From: Patescibacteria group bacterium
GTDB lineage: Bacteria > Patescibacteriota > Patescibacteriia > UBA10025 > JAHIVO01
Direction: 5' to 3'
Assembly: GCA_041660605.1 (NCBI GenBank)
Contig: JBAZWB010000003.1
Location: forward strand, 82,680 to 146,679
Length of the DNA: 64,000 nt
Position numbers and translations under genes: made by a program
The notes under the pieces: generated by a model
What the model saw: only the letters and a program-made list of their open reading frames with translations
Told to the model about the DNA's origin: nothing
Database searches by the model: none
Shown: positions 1 through 9,735 of the stretch, one piece after another
Layout of the letters: the number at the start of each line of letters is the position of its first letter
Numbering within the stretch: position 1 is the stretch's first letter

Positions 1-20
1 AAGAAAAAATTGATGATTCT

Positions 21-632
21 ATGCGATTAAACTCGCATCGGGAACCATTAATAGCGAGAAACTCAAGAGGATATCGAACCTTTGTTTTTTCTTATTGGCT
101 GATTGCGACTGTTGCTGCTTTTCTCCCTGCTATGATTGAGTTTTTTGAAACAAAATCATTCGAGTTTGGTAAAATCATTGGATTAATTGTTGATATTGTA
201 ATTAGTTTCGCTGTCTTCTACGCTCTATTTTTTATCATTCAAAAGGCAATCGTAAAAAAAGAATTTTTTATAAAACATAAAGAAAATATAAAAAAAATAG
301 TTATACTTTTATATATTATATCATTCCCACTAATTATATTTCTTGGTATATCCGCGTTCATCCCAATAATTGATTGGCTACTCATACTTGGTTTTATATA
401 TATAGTATTTTGGCTTTATAGAAATCGTTTAAAATATGGTTTAAAGTTTCCTCCCTATTTACTTTTATTAATAGTAGGATTTAGTTTATTTACTGTAATA
501 TATTTTATTAGCATTAAGCCTATACAATTACGTAGGGCATGCTACCGAGAGATTGGCTCCAATACAACTTATTATAACCTCTGTATTGATGGTAATTACA
601 ATTTTATCACAAAACATTTTCTAACTAAATAA
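21..632 (+). CDS. Hypothetical polytopic membrane protein
   Basis: 203-aa ORF, about 5 hydrophobic segments, very AT-rich; start uncertain at the window edge. Confidence 0.6.
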   Translation: MRLNSHREPLIARNSRGYRTFVFSYWLIATVAAFLPAMIEFFETKSFEFGKIIGLIVDIVISFAVFYALFFIIQKAIVKKEFFIKHKENIKKIVILLYIISFPLIIFLGISAFIPIIDWLLILGFIYIVFWLYRNRLKYGLKFPPYLLLLIVGFSLFTVIYFISIKPIQLRRACYREIGSNTTYYNLCIDGNYNFITKHFLTK

Positions 633-635
633 CTT

Positions 636-890
636 ATGAAACACACTCTATTGTCTCAACTTACTGAGTATGCCAGAATTCCAATGACTAGTGCGGCAAA
701 AACTCAGATTGAAAATAATTTCACCGAAGTGGAAATAATTGAAGAATTGAAACATTTTAATGGTAATAGAATAATTTTACTAATGCAGACGCTGAATCCT
801 CAATTCAGAAAAGATACTTTAAAACCACCCCTTATCCAACCATTCAAGTGCGAAAATCAAGATTGTTATAAACTGTCGAATGAAGATTAA
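636..890 (+). CDS. Hypothetical protein
   Basis: 84-aa ORF starting 3 bp after the previous stop; no recognisable motif. Confidence 0.4.
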   Translation: MKHTLLSQLTEYARIPMTSAAKTQIENNFTEVEIIEELKHFNGNRIILLMQTLNPQFRKDTLKPPLIQPFKCENQDCYKLSNED

Positions 891-943
891 TATCAAGCCT
901 ACTAGCCACTAGTGGCTAATTACTAGGTACTAACTACTAACCC
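889..943. repeat. Degenerate (C)ACTAG/CTAA short-repeat tract upstream of the four-helix-bundle gene
   Basis: actagccactagtggctaattactaggtactaactactaa, including the palindrome tagccactagtggcta. Confidence 0.75.
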
Positions 944-1297
944 ATGAACTCCTACAAAGAACTAACTGTTTGGCAAAAATCGATTGAACTGGTAACAGCA
1001 ATTTATAAACTGACTGAGCAATTTCCAAAATCTGAAATATTCGGATTAACTTCACAAATAAAAAGATCAGCAGTATCAATTCCGTCTAATATTGCCGAGG
1101 GTTTTAACAGGAAATCTCGTCTCGAATACGCCCATTTCATCAGAATTGCCTTTGGTTCAGGCGCAGAATTAGAAACTCAAATACTAATAGCTAAAAAACT
1201 AAAGTTTATTAATGAAACAAGCTATAATCAAATTGATGCTTTATTAACAGAAGTAATGAAAATGCTTAATAAATTAATCAGCGCATTAAAATCGTGA
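944..1297 (+). CDS. Four-helix-bundle protein (23S rRNA IVS protein / TIGR02436-like)
   Basis: Family motifs YKELTVWQKS, FPKSEIFGLTSQIKRSAVSIPSNIAEG, GSGAELETQ. Confidence 0.92.
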   Translation: MNSYKELTVWQKSIELVTAIYKLTEQFPKSEIFGLTSQIKRSAVSIPSNIAEGFNRKSRLEYAHFIRIAFGSGAELETQILIAKKLKFINETSYNQIDALLTEVMKMLNKLISALKS

Positions 1298-1303
1298 AAG
1301 TAT

Positions 1304-1435
1304 AATATCAATCCACTAGTAACTAGTGGCCAATAAACTAATTACTAACTCACTAGGTACTAACAACTAGTGGCTAACAACTAACTAAACCAACCCCCAC
1401 TAGTTGCTAATGACTAGTGGCTAACCTACTAACAC
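1304..1435. repeat. Degenerate ACTAG/CTAA short-repeat tract downstream of the four-helix-bundle gene
   Basis: Several actagtggc(t/c)aa, ccactagt and ctaac units; resembles 889-943. Confidence 0.75.
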
Positions 1436-2815
1436 ATGATCTGGGCAAATTTCCTACACATCTACCAGCCACCCACGCAGAAAGAATACTGGGTGAAGAA
1501 AATAGCCAATGAAAGCTACCGCAAGCTAACTAAGGGGCTGAAAGCCAACCCCCAGGCCAGACTGACTCTGAATATTAATGCCGTGCTGACGGAACTTCTT
1601 GATAAATACAATTGTCGAGATGTTATTGCAGATATTAAATTTCTGGCTGAACGCGGACAAATTGAGCTGACGGGCAGTGCCAAATACCACCCTTTCCTGC
1701 CATTGATGCCAAAAGAGGAAATAGTCAGACAAATCGAATTAAATGCCAGAACAAATAAAAAATATTTTGGTAAAGTTTTTAATCCGCAGGGTTTTTTCCC
1801 GCCAGAAATGGCCTACAACCGCCAGGTCGGCGAAGCCATAGCCAAAGCCGGCTTCCGCTGGCTGATCCTGGACGAACTGGCCTATTCAGGAAATATTAAA
1901 GACATTGACTGGTCAAAAATTTACGAGCTCAAAAGCCTAAAAGATTTTTTTGTATTTTTCCGCGAACGGGAAGCCAGTTTCCGCATACTTTCGGCGGAAA
2001 TCGGCATGAGCGTTTTTTCCGGCAATATGCTGGTACAGCTGCTCGGCGACCGGATCAACCGGAATGAATACCTGATCACCGCTATGGACGGCGAAACATT
2101 CGGACACCACCGTCCAGGGCTGGAAGACCTGCTGTTTGACCTGTATAACACCGAGAAGCTCAAGCCGGCAACAATTTCTGAGTTGCCAAATCTTTTCCCA
2201 AAACGGCAAACTATCGATCCCCGGCCCTCTACCTGGGCGCTGATGAAAAAAGATATCGAGAGAAATACGCCATTTTCTCGCTGGAAAGAAAAAAACAATA
2301 CCATCCACACCATGCAATGGCAGTTGACCAACCTGGCCTTGAAAAGTTTCAAATCTATTAAAACAACCGATAAGCAATTTAAAAGAGTGCGACACAATCT
2401 GGACAAGGCTATTCACTCCGACCAATACTGGTGGGCTTCAGCCATGCCCTGGTGGAGCATTGAAATGATTGAGGCCGGAGCCAGGGATTTGAACGGCGTG
2501 GTGCAGGAATCTCCGGTACCTGAAAAAATTAAAAAGCTGGCAGAATCGCTCTACCACAAAATCATCTTCACCGCTTTTGATTGGCAGCGCTCGGGCAAGG
2601 TTGATGTGCTGGCAAAAAGCGCGGATGAGGATGTGACCCAACGCATTACTACGGAAATGCCTTACATACCCGAGGAGGAATTCAATAAAATCGTCGGCAA
2701 CCTGGAAAAACAGATGCTGGAAGCAGCCAAGGCCCGGGAATACGAACGGGCCGCGCAAATTCGCGATCGGGTAAATGAACTGAAAGAAAAAAAAGACCAA
2801 ATAACCAGAAAATAG
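1436..2815 (+). CDS. Glycoside hydrolase family 57 protein with C-terminal UVR (UvrB/C) motif
   Basis: WANFLHIYQP, YHPFLPL, GFFPPEMAY, MDGETFGHH, HSDQYWWAS; C-terminal LEKQMLEAAKAREYERAAQIRD. Confidence 0.88.
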   Translation: MIWANFLHIYQPPTQKEYWVKKIANESYRKLTKGLKANPQARLTLNINAVLTELLDKYNCRDVIADIKFLAERGQIELTGSAKYHPFLPLMPKEEIVRQIELNARTNKKYFGKVFNPQGFFPPEMAYNRQVGEAIAKAGFRWLILDELAYSGNIKDIDWSKIYELKSLKDFFVFFREREASFRILSAEIGMSVFSGNMLVQLLGDRINRNEYLITAMDGETFGHHRPGLEDLLFDLYNTEKLKPATISELPNLFPKRQTIDPRPSTWALMKKDIERNTPFSRWKEKNNTIHTMQWQLTNLALKSFKSIKTTDKQFKRVRHNLDKAIHSDQYWWASAMPWWSIEMIEAGARDLNGVVQESPVPEKIKKLAESLYHKIIFTAFDWQRSGKVDVLAKSADEDVTQRITTEMPYIPEEEFNKIVGNLEKQMLEAAKAREYERAAQIRDRVNELKEKKDQITRK

Positions 2816-2818
2816 ACA

Positions 2819-3811
2819 ATGCCTACCAAGGGAGAAATAATGGAAAACGAACGCCTAGATGCGGTCAGGCAAATTGCCAAGGATATTATTTCCTGGGAAG
2901 ATTTTAAAATAATAAAAAAAATCCGCTTCGGCCCGCGCTATTTCATTGCCGAGGGGCTGAGGAACAAACAGAAGTGCGTTTTCAAGATCTGCCTGTACAC
3001 CGACTCCATAGACCACCTGACCAATGAAAAATTCTCCCGGGAAATATTATTCCTGAATTTCATCCAGTACTCCAAATTTCATCAGGTAAAATCGGTTACT
3101 CCTCGCATCCAGGCCTTCGGGCTGAAGCCACGCGCCTGGTATATGCGCGAATATTTAAGCGGCAAGTTTTATAATGTCAACGGCGGCAATATCAGATTCA
3201 AAAAAACATTTTTCACCAAACCGAACCTGGACTGGTTCGTAAAAACCTTTACCAACCTGCAAAGCATCAAACCAGCCGACCTGCCGGTAAATCTCAAAAA
3301 ATTTTTATACCGCCCGGATTTTACCAGGAACCTCTGGCGTTTTATCAGCCCCCACTGGCAAAAAATAGAGCAGTACATGAAATGGCCTGGCGTGTCCCGC
3401 CTTATTAAAATAGAATTTACCAAATACGCTTCAATATATAATACCGCTCCCCAGGTGCTGGCGCATCAGGAACCGTATTCCTGCCATTTCCTGCGCACGC
3501 AGCAGCGCCTGCATGTGATTGACTGGGAAAATATCGGCTGGTCCAACCCCAACCATGACCCGGTAGTACTCTGGATGCGGGCTTATAATGACCCTGGCTG
3601 GCAAAAAATACTTTACCAGAAATTCAGAAAAAAATACGCCGGTTATAAGGAATTTGACGACCTCTGGATTATCGAGGTGCTTATCCAGTCTGTTTTCAAT
3701 ATTATCAGTTATTATTTTTATGAAGATAAAAAAGACATTCAGGAGATGGTAAGCTTTTCAGATAAAAAAATAAGGGAAATTCTGACCAATACTTTTAAGC
3801 TCTATAATTAA
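2819..3811 (+). CDS. APH/choline-kinase-like phosphotransferase with atypical catalytic loop
   Basis: VFKI lysine, LAHQEPYSCHF and VIDWE motifs. Confidence 0.7.
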   Translation: MPTKGEIMENERLDAVRQIAKDIISWEDFKIIKKIRFGPRYFIAEGLRNKQKCVFKICLYTDSIDHLTNEKFSREILFLNFIQYSKFHQVKSVTPRIQAFGLKPRAWYMREYLSGKFYNVNGGNIRFKKTFFTKPNLDWFVKTFTNLQSIKPADLPVNLKKFLYRPDFTRNLWRFISPHWQKIEQYMKWPGVSRLIKIEFTKYASIYNTAPQVLAHQEPYSCHFLRTQQRLHVIDWENIGWSNPNHDPVVLWMRAYNDPGWQKILYQKFRKKYAGYKEFDDLWIIEVLIQSVFNIISYYFYEDKKDIQEMVSFSDKKIREILTNTFKLYN

Positions 3812-4686
3812 TGGCATACATCGACCTGCATACCCATTCAGTTTATTCCGAGGGTGCCTTGAGCTGCCGGGAGCTGCTGGGTGCCGCCAGTAAGTACGGG
3901 ATAAAAGTTCTCTCGCTGACCGATCATAATGTCATCGACGGCGTACCGGAAATAACCAGACTGGCGGAAGAGCATAAAATCAAAATAATCCCTGGCGTGG
4001 AAATTTATACCAGGCACCAAAATAAAGGCTTCCATTTGCTGGGCTATAATTTTAAGCCGGGAAAGACCGTACTGGCCGATTCTTTAATCGTCCTTCAGGC
4101 TGACCACCAGCAAAAAGTCAGGCAGACGGTGGCAGAACTGATCAAACAAGGCTTTATAATCAACGCTGAATCCCTATTCTCCGGGCCTTCGCGTTATTTA
4201 GGCGTGGTGCACCTCATCAAAGAATTGGAAAAAAATCCGGCCAACCTGAAAAAAATGGAAGTAGAACTGCCGCCCGCAGAAAATAATTACTTCGGAAAAG
4301 TCTATCATTATTTCGGCTACGGGCAGCCGGCTTATCTGCCGCAATCTGAATTGCCAACCGCGGAAGCAATTGATATCATTAAAAAAAGCGGCGGACTGGC
4401 CGTACTGGCGCATCCGGGCCAGCAACTCACTTTTGAAGAAGACCCAATCATTGGAGATTTGATAAAAAACCAGCTTGATGGCCTGGAAGTGCTCTCCCCT
4501 TACCATAACTGGCGGCAGGTAGAACATTACCAGAAAATGGCGCTGGATAATAATTTAATCATCACCGGCGGCAGCGATTATCATACTGACGTAGATATCT
4601 CAAAAAAGGAACTGATCAAGAAGCAATGGGATTATTTCAAAGTGCCTTACGAGATTTATAAAAACTTAAATAGAAACTTAAATTAA
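3811..4686 (+). CDS. PHP-domain phosphoesterase (TrpH/YciV-like)
   Basis: DLHTHS, LTDHN, PGVEI, HLLGY, LAHP, GGSDYH. Confidence 0.9.
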   Translation: MAYIDLHTHSVYSEGALSCRELLGAASKYGIKVLSLTDHNVIDGVPEITRLAEEHKIKIIPGVEIYTRHQNKGFHLLGYNFKPGKTVLADSLIVLQADHQQKVRQTVAELIKQGFIINAESLFSGPSRYLGVVHLIKELEKNPANLKKMEVELPPAENNYFGKVYHYFGYGQPAYLPQSELPTAEAIDIIKKSGGLAVLAHPGQQLTFEEDPIIGDLIKNQLDGLEVLSPYHNWRQVEHYQKMALDNNLIITGGSDYHTDVDISKKELIKKQWDYFKVPYEIYKNLNRNLN

Positions 4687-4688
4687 AT

Positions 4689-6152
4689 ATGAAGAAAATA
4701 AAAGTCCTCTTTGTCTCTTCTGAACTGACGCCCCTGGCCAAAGTCGGCGGGCTGGGTGATGTGGCCGGCGCTCTGCCAAAAGCCCTGATCAAGCTTGGTG
4801 TGGATGTGCGCATTGCCATCCCCCGATACGGCGTTATTGACGCGCAGAAATACCCGCAGAAAAAAGTGGCGGAAAACGTCATAGTGCCTTTTAACGGAGC
4901 TAATGAGCCGGTGGCAATATTTGAAACTCCTCTGCCGGGCAGCGAAGTGCCTGTTTATCTGATTGATCATAAAAAATATCTGGGGGAGAACGGCATTTAT
5001 TTTGAAAAAGACGCCTCCTCCAGCGGCTCAAACCGCGAAGCGGAGCGTTTTACTTTTTTGGCCAGGTCCAGCGTGGGTTTTTTTGAAGCCCTGGACTGGT
5101 ATCCGGACATAGTGCACTGCCAGGACTGGCATGCCGGCATGATCCCGGTAATCCTAAAGGTGCTGGCAAAGAAAAATAAAAAACTGGGTAATATAAAAAC
5201 AATGCTGACCATCCATAATATGGAATACCAGGGCTGGTACCAGGCGGAAACTATTTTTAAGGCACTAGGATTTTCGGCCAGCGACTACCCAGCATTAAAA
5301 ATACAAAAAGATGGCCATATTTCCAGCCTGCAGCAGGCTATTCTGGCCAGCGACTATTTAAATACCGTCAGCCCGTCCTATGCCGAGGAAATTTTAACTC
5401 CAGAATACGGCGCCGGGCTGGAAAATGACCTGCTTACCCGGAAAAATGAGCTGGTCGGCATATTAAACGGCATTGACGTGGAAAGATTTGATCCGGAAAC
5501 AGATGAGAGCATTACGGCTAATTTTTCTGCCAAAGACCTATCCGGAAAAGCTAAATGCAAAGAAGGGCTGCAGCAAATATGCAATTTTAAAAAGGATAAA
5601 AATATCCCTGTCCTGGGAATTGTCTCACGCCTGGCCGACCAAAAAGGCATTGACTTGATTTATGAGGTAGCTGATAAATTAGCCCGGGAAAATATCCAGT
5701 TTGTCCTGCTCGGCACCGGCGATCCTAAGCTGGAAAAAATGATGGCGGAGATCAGTCATAAATATCCGCAAAAAATGTATGCCAAGCTGGAATTCAATGC
5801 CAAATTTGCCCAGGAAATCTATGCCGGTTCTGATATTTTTCTGATGCCCTCAAAATTCGAGCCCTGCGGCCTGGGCCAGATGATCGCCATGCGCTACGGC
5901 ACAGTACCGATCGTCCGGGCTACTGGCGGGCTGAAAGATACAGTCGCTGATTATCACGAAAATGACGGGGAAGGCTTTGTTCTTAAAAATTACGATTCCG
6001 CGGAATTCTTTGAGACAGTCAAGCGCGCTATTAATACTTTCCAGGACCAGAAAAAATGGTATAATATAGTTGAAAAAGACATTAAAAAAGATTTCTCCTG
6101 GAAATCTTCCGCCAAGAAATACATCCAGCTGTACAAAAAATTATCAAAATAA
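4689..6152 (+). CDS. glgA: Glycogen/starch synthase (GT5)
   Basis: KVGGLGDV, HCQDWH, TIHN, SRLADQKG, PSKFEPCGLGQ. Confidence 0.95.
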   Translation: MKKIKVLFVSSELTPLAKVGGLGDVAGALPKALIKLGVDVRIAIPRYGVIDAQKYPQKKVAENVIVPFNGANEPVAIFETPLPGSEVPVYLIDHKKYLGENGIYFEKDASSSGSNREAERFTFLARSSVGFFEALDWYPDIVHCQDWHAGMIPVILKVLAKKNKKLGNIKTMLTIHNMEYQGWYQAETIFKALGFSASDYPALKIQKDGHISSLQQAILASDYLNTVSPSYAEEILTPEYGAGLENDLLTRKNELVGILNGIDVERFDPETDESITANFSAKDLSGKAKCKEGLQQICNFKKDKNIPVLGIVSRLADQKGIDLIYEVADKLARENIQFVLLGTGDPKLEKMMAEISHKYPQKMYAKLEFNAKFAQEIYAGSDIFLMPSKFEPCGLGQMIAMRYGTVPIVRATGGLKDTVADYHENDGEGFVLKNYDSAEFFETVKRAINTFQDQKKWYNIVEKDIKKDFSWKSSAKKYIQLYKKLSK

Positions 6153-6162
6153 AAGCCTGACA

Positions 6163-7122
6163 ATGACAGCAAAAAAAATCAAAGCTAAGACGTCCGCATG
6201 CAAAAGCGAAATTCGTATAGATGAAATTCATGACCGTTTTATTATTGTGGCGCCGAAAAGAAGCGGGCGTCCCCACGATGCCGCCCGGCACCAGGAGATT
6301 CCGGTCAAATCGAAGGACTGCCCATTCTGCCAGGAAGTAAAAAAACCCTCCCAGCCGGCGCTTTACCAGGTTGGTCCGGAACAGTGGTGGGAGATAAAAG
6401 TCATAAAAAATATTTTTCCGTTTGTCTCTGTTGACAACCCCAAGGCTTACGGCCATCAGGAAGTAATCATTGAAACCCCGCATCATAATAAAGAATTGGC
6501 GGAATTCGGCCAGGAACATATTTTCAGGCTGCTGCAAACCTACCAAGCCAGGACCAAAGCCCTGTCCGAAGATCCAAGGGTAAAATACATAATAATATTC
6601 AAAAACCACGGCGGTATTGCCGGCGCCTCGCTGGTGCACGCCCACTCCCAGATAATGGCGGCGGGATTTGTACCTAACCATATTATCAACAAACTGGCCA
6701 GGGCCAGGAAATACCAGATAAAAAACGGCTATTCATATTATCAGCACCTGGCGGTGGTGGAACCACGCGGTCCGCGAAAAATATATAATGACAAATACAT
6801 TTCCGTATTTTGCCCCTATGCCTCGTCATACAATTACGAAGCCTGGTTCGTGCCCAAACGACAGGTTGATAATATTACCCTTTTGAATGAAGGGGAACTG
6901 AAATCCCTGTCGCATGCGCTGAAGCTGGTCCTGCAAAAAATAAACAAGTTGAATCTCCCCTATAATTTTTACATGCACCAGACACTCACTGACCAAAACG
7001 AATATTTTTACCTGCGCGTCTGTCCGCGCCGCGACACCTGGGCAGGCGTGGAGCTCGGTTCGCGCGTCATTATCAATACCGTACCTCCAGAGGAAGCAGC
7101 AAAATTCTACCGGGGAAAATAA
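6163..7122 (+). CDS. GalT-family nucleotidyltransferase (ADP-glucose phosphorylase-like)
   Basis: APKRSGRP, CPFC, GHQEVIIE, FKNHGGIAGASLVHAHSQ, AGVELGS, VPPEEAA; start set at ATG 6163 after the glgA stop. Confidence 0.85.
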   Translation: MTAKKIKAKTSACKSEIRIDEIHDRFIIVAPKRSGRPHDAARHQEIPVKSKDCPFCQEVKKPSQPALYQVGPEQWWEIKVIKNIFPFVSVDNPKAYGHQEVIIETPHHNKELAEFGQEHIFRLLQTYQARTKALSEDPRVKYIIIFKNHGGIAGASLVHAHSQIMAAGFVPNHIINKLARARKYQIKNGYSYYQHLAVVEPRGPRKIYNDKYISVFCPYASSYNYEAWFVPKRQVDNITLLNEGELKSLSHALKLVLQKINKLNLPYNFYMHQTLTDQNEYFYLRVCPRRDTWAGVELGSRVIINTVPPEEAAKFYRGK

Positions 7123-7405
7123 ACGCGGTCCCTAAAAACAGACATAAATATAAAGTGCCTGTTTTTATATAAATAAAATTACCCTAAATTTGCATACTAA
7201 ATGATAACTTGATAGTCTTAAATTAATAGGAAATGCGACTTAAGTTCGCATAATAAGCAAATATTGCGTTAATTTACGAAAACACTACGTATAATAATGA
7301 GTTGTATGCTATGGCGAAAATGTTTTTTAAAAAGATAAAAGCCGCTGGGTAAAACCATACGGCTTTTGTGTCGGAATAATATTGATCAGCTGGAGTGTGG
7401 TTGGT

Positions 7406-7657
7406 TTAGAGTTTGATGAGATGCTTCGTGGCGTGGTCCTCCCGCGTGCTGGCGCAACCGGTTTGACCATCGGGTTGCGTCCAGATCTGATTCTGCTCAT
7501 CGAAACCTACAACCAAGGCGGTCTTCCCACTTAAATGAGGAAAACACTCATCAGTATACCGCACACGATCACCTGCCCGGAAACCAGCTATTTCTCCTTC
7601 TTGCGTAATGCTGACTTCCGATCCATCACCCTTTTGAATAAAGTGCTGCTTTCCCAT
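7406..7657 (-). CDS. Small hypothetical protein (possible SH3/KOW-like beta fold)
   Basis: SD AAGGAAGG before ATG; FRAGDRVRY..GKTALVVG pattern; hairpin terminator near 7337-7368. Confidence 0.6.
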   Translation of the reverse strand: MGKQHFIQKGDGSEVSITQEGEIAGFRAGDRVRYTDECFPHLSGKTALVVGFDEQNQIWTQPDGQTGCASTREDHATKHLIKL

Positions 7658-8026
7658 TAGTCACCTTCCTTTCTCAATAGAGATACTACGTAGCAATGAT
7701 GCGTCTCTTCGTTTTATCCACTTTAATCGCTCTATCGTTATAGAAAGAGCTGATTACACACAGTATCACCAAAACAACCGTATGTCAACCCTATGCATAG
7801 TGTGGATAAATTGAAAAGGATCCTAAATCAAGGTAAAATCATGAAAGAATTTCTCATTTGTTCCGCCCAAATTGTCTATTCATTCCAATGTTAGGCCACA
7901 GGCCAAATTATTACACTTCTATTCATAGACAACTTCAGATACCCCGAAACGTTAAAGAAAAATAATTTTCAATAATAAAAGCCTCTAGTCTGCCGACCAG
8001 AAGCTTTTTGGTTGCGCCATTGAAGG

Positions 8027-8764
8027 CTATATAGATAGATTAAACAACAATGCCAGCCCCCAACTGCTTGAAGGCTCCAGGCTGAACGCCGCGGACTTGT
8101 TTTTCGGCGACCAGCTGTTAATATAGCGAGTTAACCGCAAACCGGCGGAAAAAATCCCGAACTGGCTGCGATTAGCGTCCTGCAGGGTAACCAGGCCGTC
8201 AATGAAGAAAGTATGCTCTCTCCAGACTCCCAGGCTGTTATCCTCGAAGCCGCTGTAATCGTCCAGGCTTTGCCGGAGCCGTACCGTCCGACCAAAAGGA
8301 TCGGCTGTACCGCCCATTCTCAGTTTCAGCCAAAACCAGGGGTAGCTGCTGGATGGCTGAAAGAATTCAGTGGCCACCATCGCCGCCAGCCCAAGCTGCG
8401 TCTGACCCATGGCAATTTCTTGCCAGTTACCGCCGGAATAATCATCCAACACGATTCTCTGGCTGTTGGCTGCGCTACAGTTGCGCAGATACCCGCCAAG
8501 CGAAAAAATGTGCTGCCGGATAGTCAGCATGGCTTCAAAGCCGCCGGTTTGTTCGTACTTAAGGGCGGTTCCAGCCGCGGTCCCGGTTGATACGTGACTG
8601 GCCTCATAGCCCCGGTTTGTTAAAAGGCCAAAGGTCAGATCCACTAATCTAGTTGAGCGGCGGTCTCGGTCGTAATCGCCTCGTGATTGGGCAGACAATA
8701 ATGCCGGCAAAAGAAACAGCCAGACAGCCAACAGGCAGACGGTTCGTTTCAAAAATAAATGCAT
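8027..8764 (-). CDS. Secreted hypothetical protein, beta-strand rich
   Basis: Signal peptide ending LSA-Q; SD AAGGAGG; alternating hydrophobic strands; terminator near 7976-8009. Confidence 0.65.
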   Translation of the reverse strand: MHLFLKRTVCLLAVWLFLLPALLSAQSRGDYDRDRRSTRLVDLTFGLLTNRGYEASHVSTGTAAGTALKYEQTGGFEAMLTIRQHIFSLGGYLRNCSAANSQRIVLDDYSGGNWQEIAMGQTQLGLAAMVATEFFQPSSSYPWFWLKLRMGGTADPFGRTVRLRQSLDDYSGFEDNSLGVWREHTFFIDGLVTLQDANRSQFGIFSAGLRLTRYINSWSPKNKSAAFSLEPSSSWGLALLFNLSI

Positions 8765-9062
8765 CTTCTTTCCTCCTTGGGAAGATTGTGGTTTTTTTAT
8801 CTATCTATATAAATTCATCCAATGAAACTTTTTATTAAGGAACGCGGAAAAATCCACCTTACCGCGAAAAAAAACAGCTGTCAAGCAATCCTGTAAAAAT
8901 TTAAAATATAAGTCATTATAATTCACCGTGTATACCTATTCAAGCATACCTTTTCCCAAGGTGCACTCGCCAGTTCATAATACGGCTATTGACAAGGCCC
9001 CCGCAACATGCTACACTGCCACATTGAAATATAAATTGAAACCAAAACCAAAGGAGCCAATA

Positions 9063-9506
9063 ATGATCATTACCAGAAAAATATTGTCGTCAGAGATGTC
9101 ACTGTATACTACCGCCTTCATCGTGTGCCTCTACTATTCTTTTTTCTACTTTTTTGCAAATGGAATAATGACATCATTTGAGGTGCTACGAATAACAATG
9201 GGCCTCATAGCTTTCTGTCTGGCGATCATCGCTCTCGTTGGTGCAGTTTTGTTCATAAGATACGAGCACAAAGTCAGTCGGCGGGGTGATAAAGTTATTC
9301 TGCAATTGCCGGTATTCAGCACCCTTTTCGCGGCCATACTTGCCTTTGCATTTTTGCCACACATCTACCGGTGGTTCGGCATCCTGCAGAACAGGGGAGT
9401 CGATTATTATCTGATCGGCGTCTTCATCGCCTTTGTAGTCTACTGCGCTTACGCCACCGTTCTTTTCTGCGAGCAGCCAGACAAGGCTACAGCGACAAGT
9501 ACTTAA
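9063..9506 (+). CDS. Hypothetical 4-TM membrane protein
   Basis: SD AAGGAG; upstream TTGACA/TACACT promoter; start moved from 8928. Confidence 0.65.
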   Translation: MIITRKILSSEMSLYTTAFIVCLYYSFFYFFANGIMTSFEVLRITMGLIAFCLAIIALVGAVLFIRYEHKVSRRGDKVILQLPVFSTLFAAILAFAFLPHIYRWFGILQNRGVDYYLIGVFIAFVVYCAYATVLFCEQPDKATATST

Positions 9507-9531
9507 CCATACGTTTACACCAAGCATTCTG

Positions 9532-9563
9532 CGCCCTTCCGGCCATCCGGTTGGGCTTTTTTT
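9532..9563 (+). terminator. Rho-independent terminator
   Basis: gcccttccgg-ccat-ccggttgggc followed by a T run. Confidence 0.65.
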
Positions 9564-9735
9564 AACCTCATATTCGGATTGTCAAACTTTAGTTTGACAA
9601 AAAATTCCTCATAGCTTCCTATTTCTTCTTTTGTTAAAAATTTTAACAGCCGGGCTGGTTGTCCAAGAAAATTAAAAGCCAAACTGCCAAAAAACGGCAG
9701 CAAATCAATTCAGATAAACAATTTTCGCCCCCAGC

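Noticed and set aside
944-1297. Avd of a diversity-generating retroelement
   Set aside because: No reverse transcriptase and no TR/VR pair with adenine-specific differences in the window
7243-7310. dif-like site (gttcgcataa...ttgcgttaat)
   Set aside because: Spacer is longer than the 6 bp required, the XerD arm is poor, and the site is close to oriC
7801-7809. Perfect DnaA box as a second origin
   Set aside because: Essentially isolated (one near-match at about 7714); the box cluster lies around dnaA
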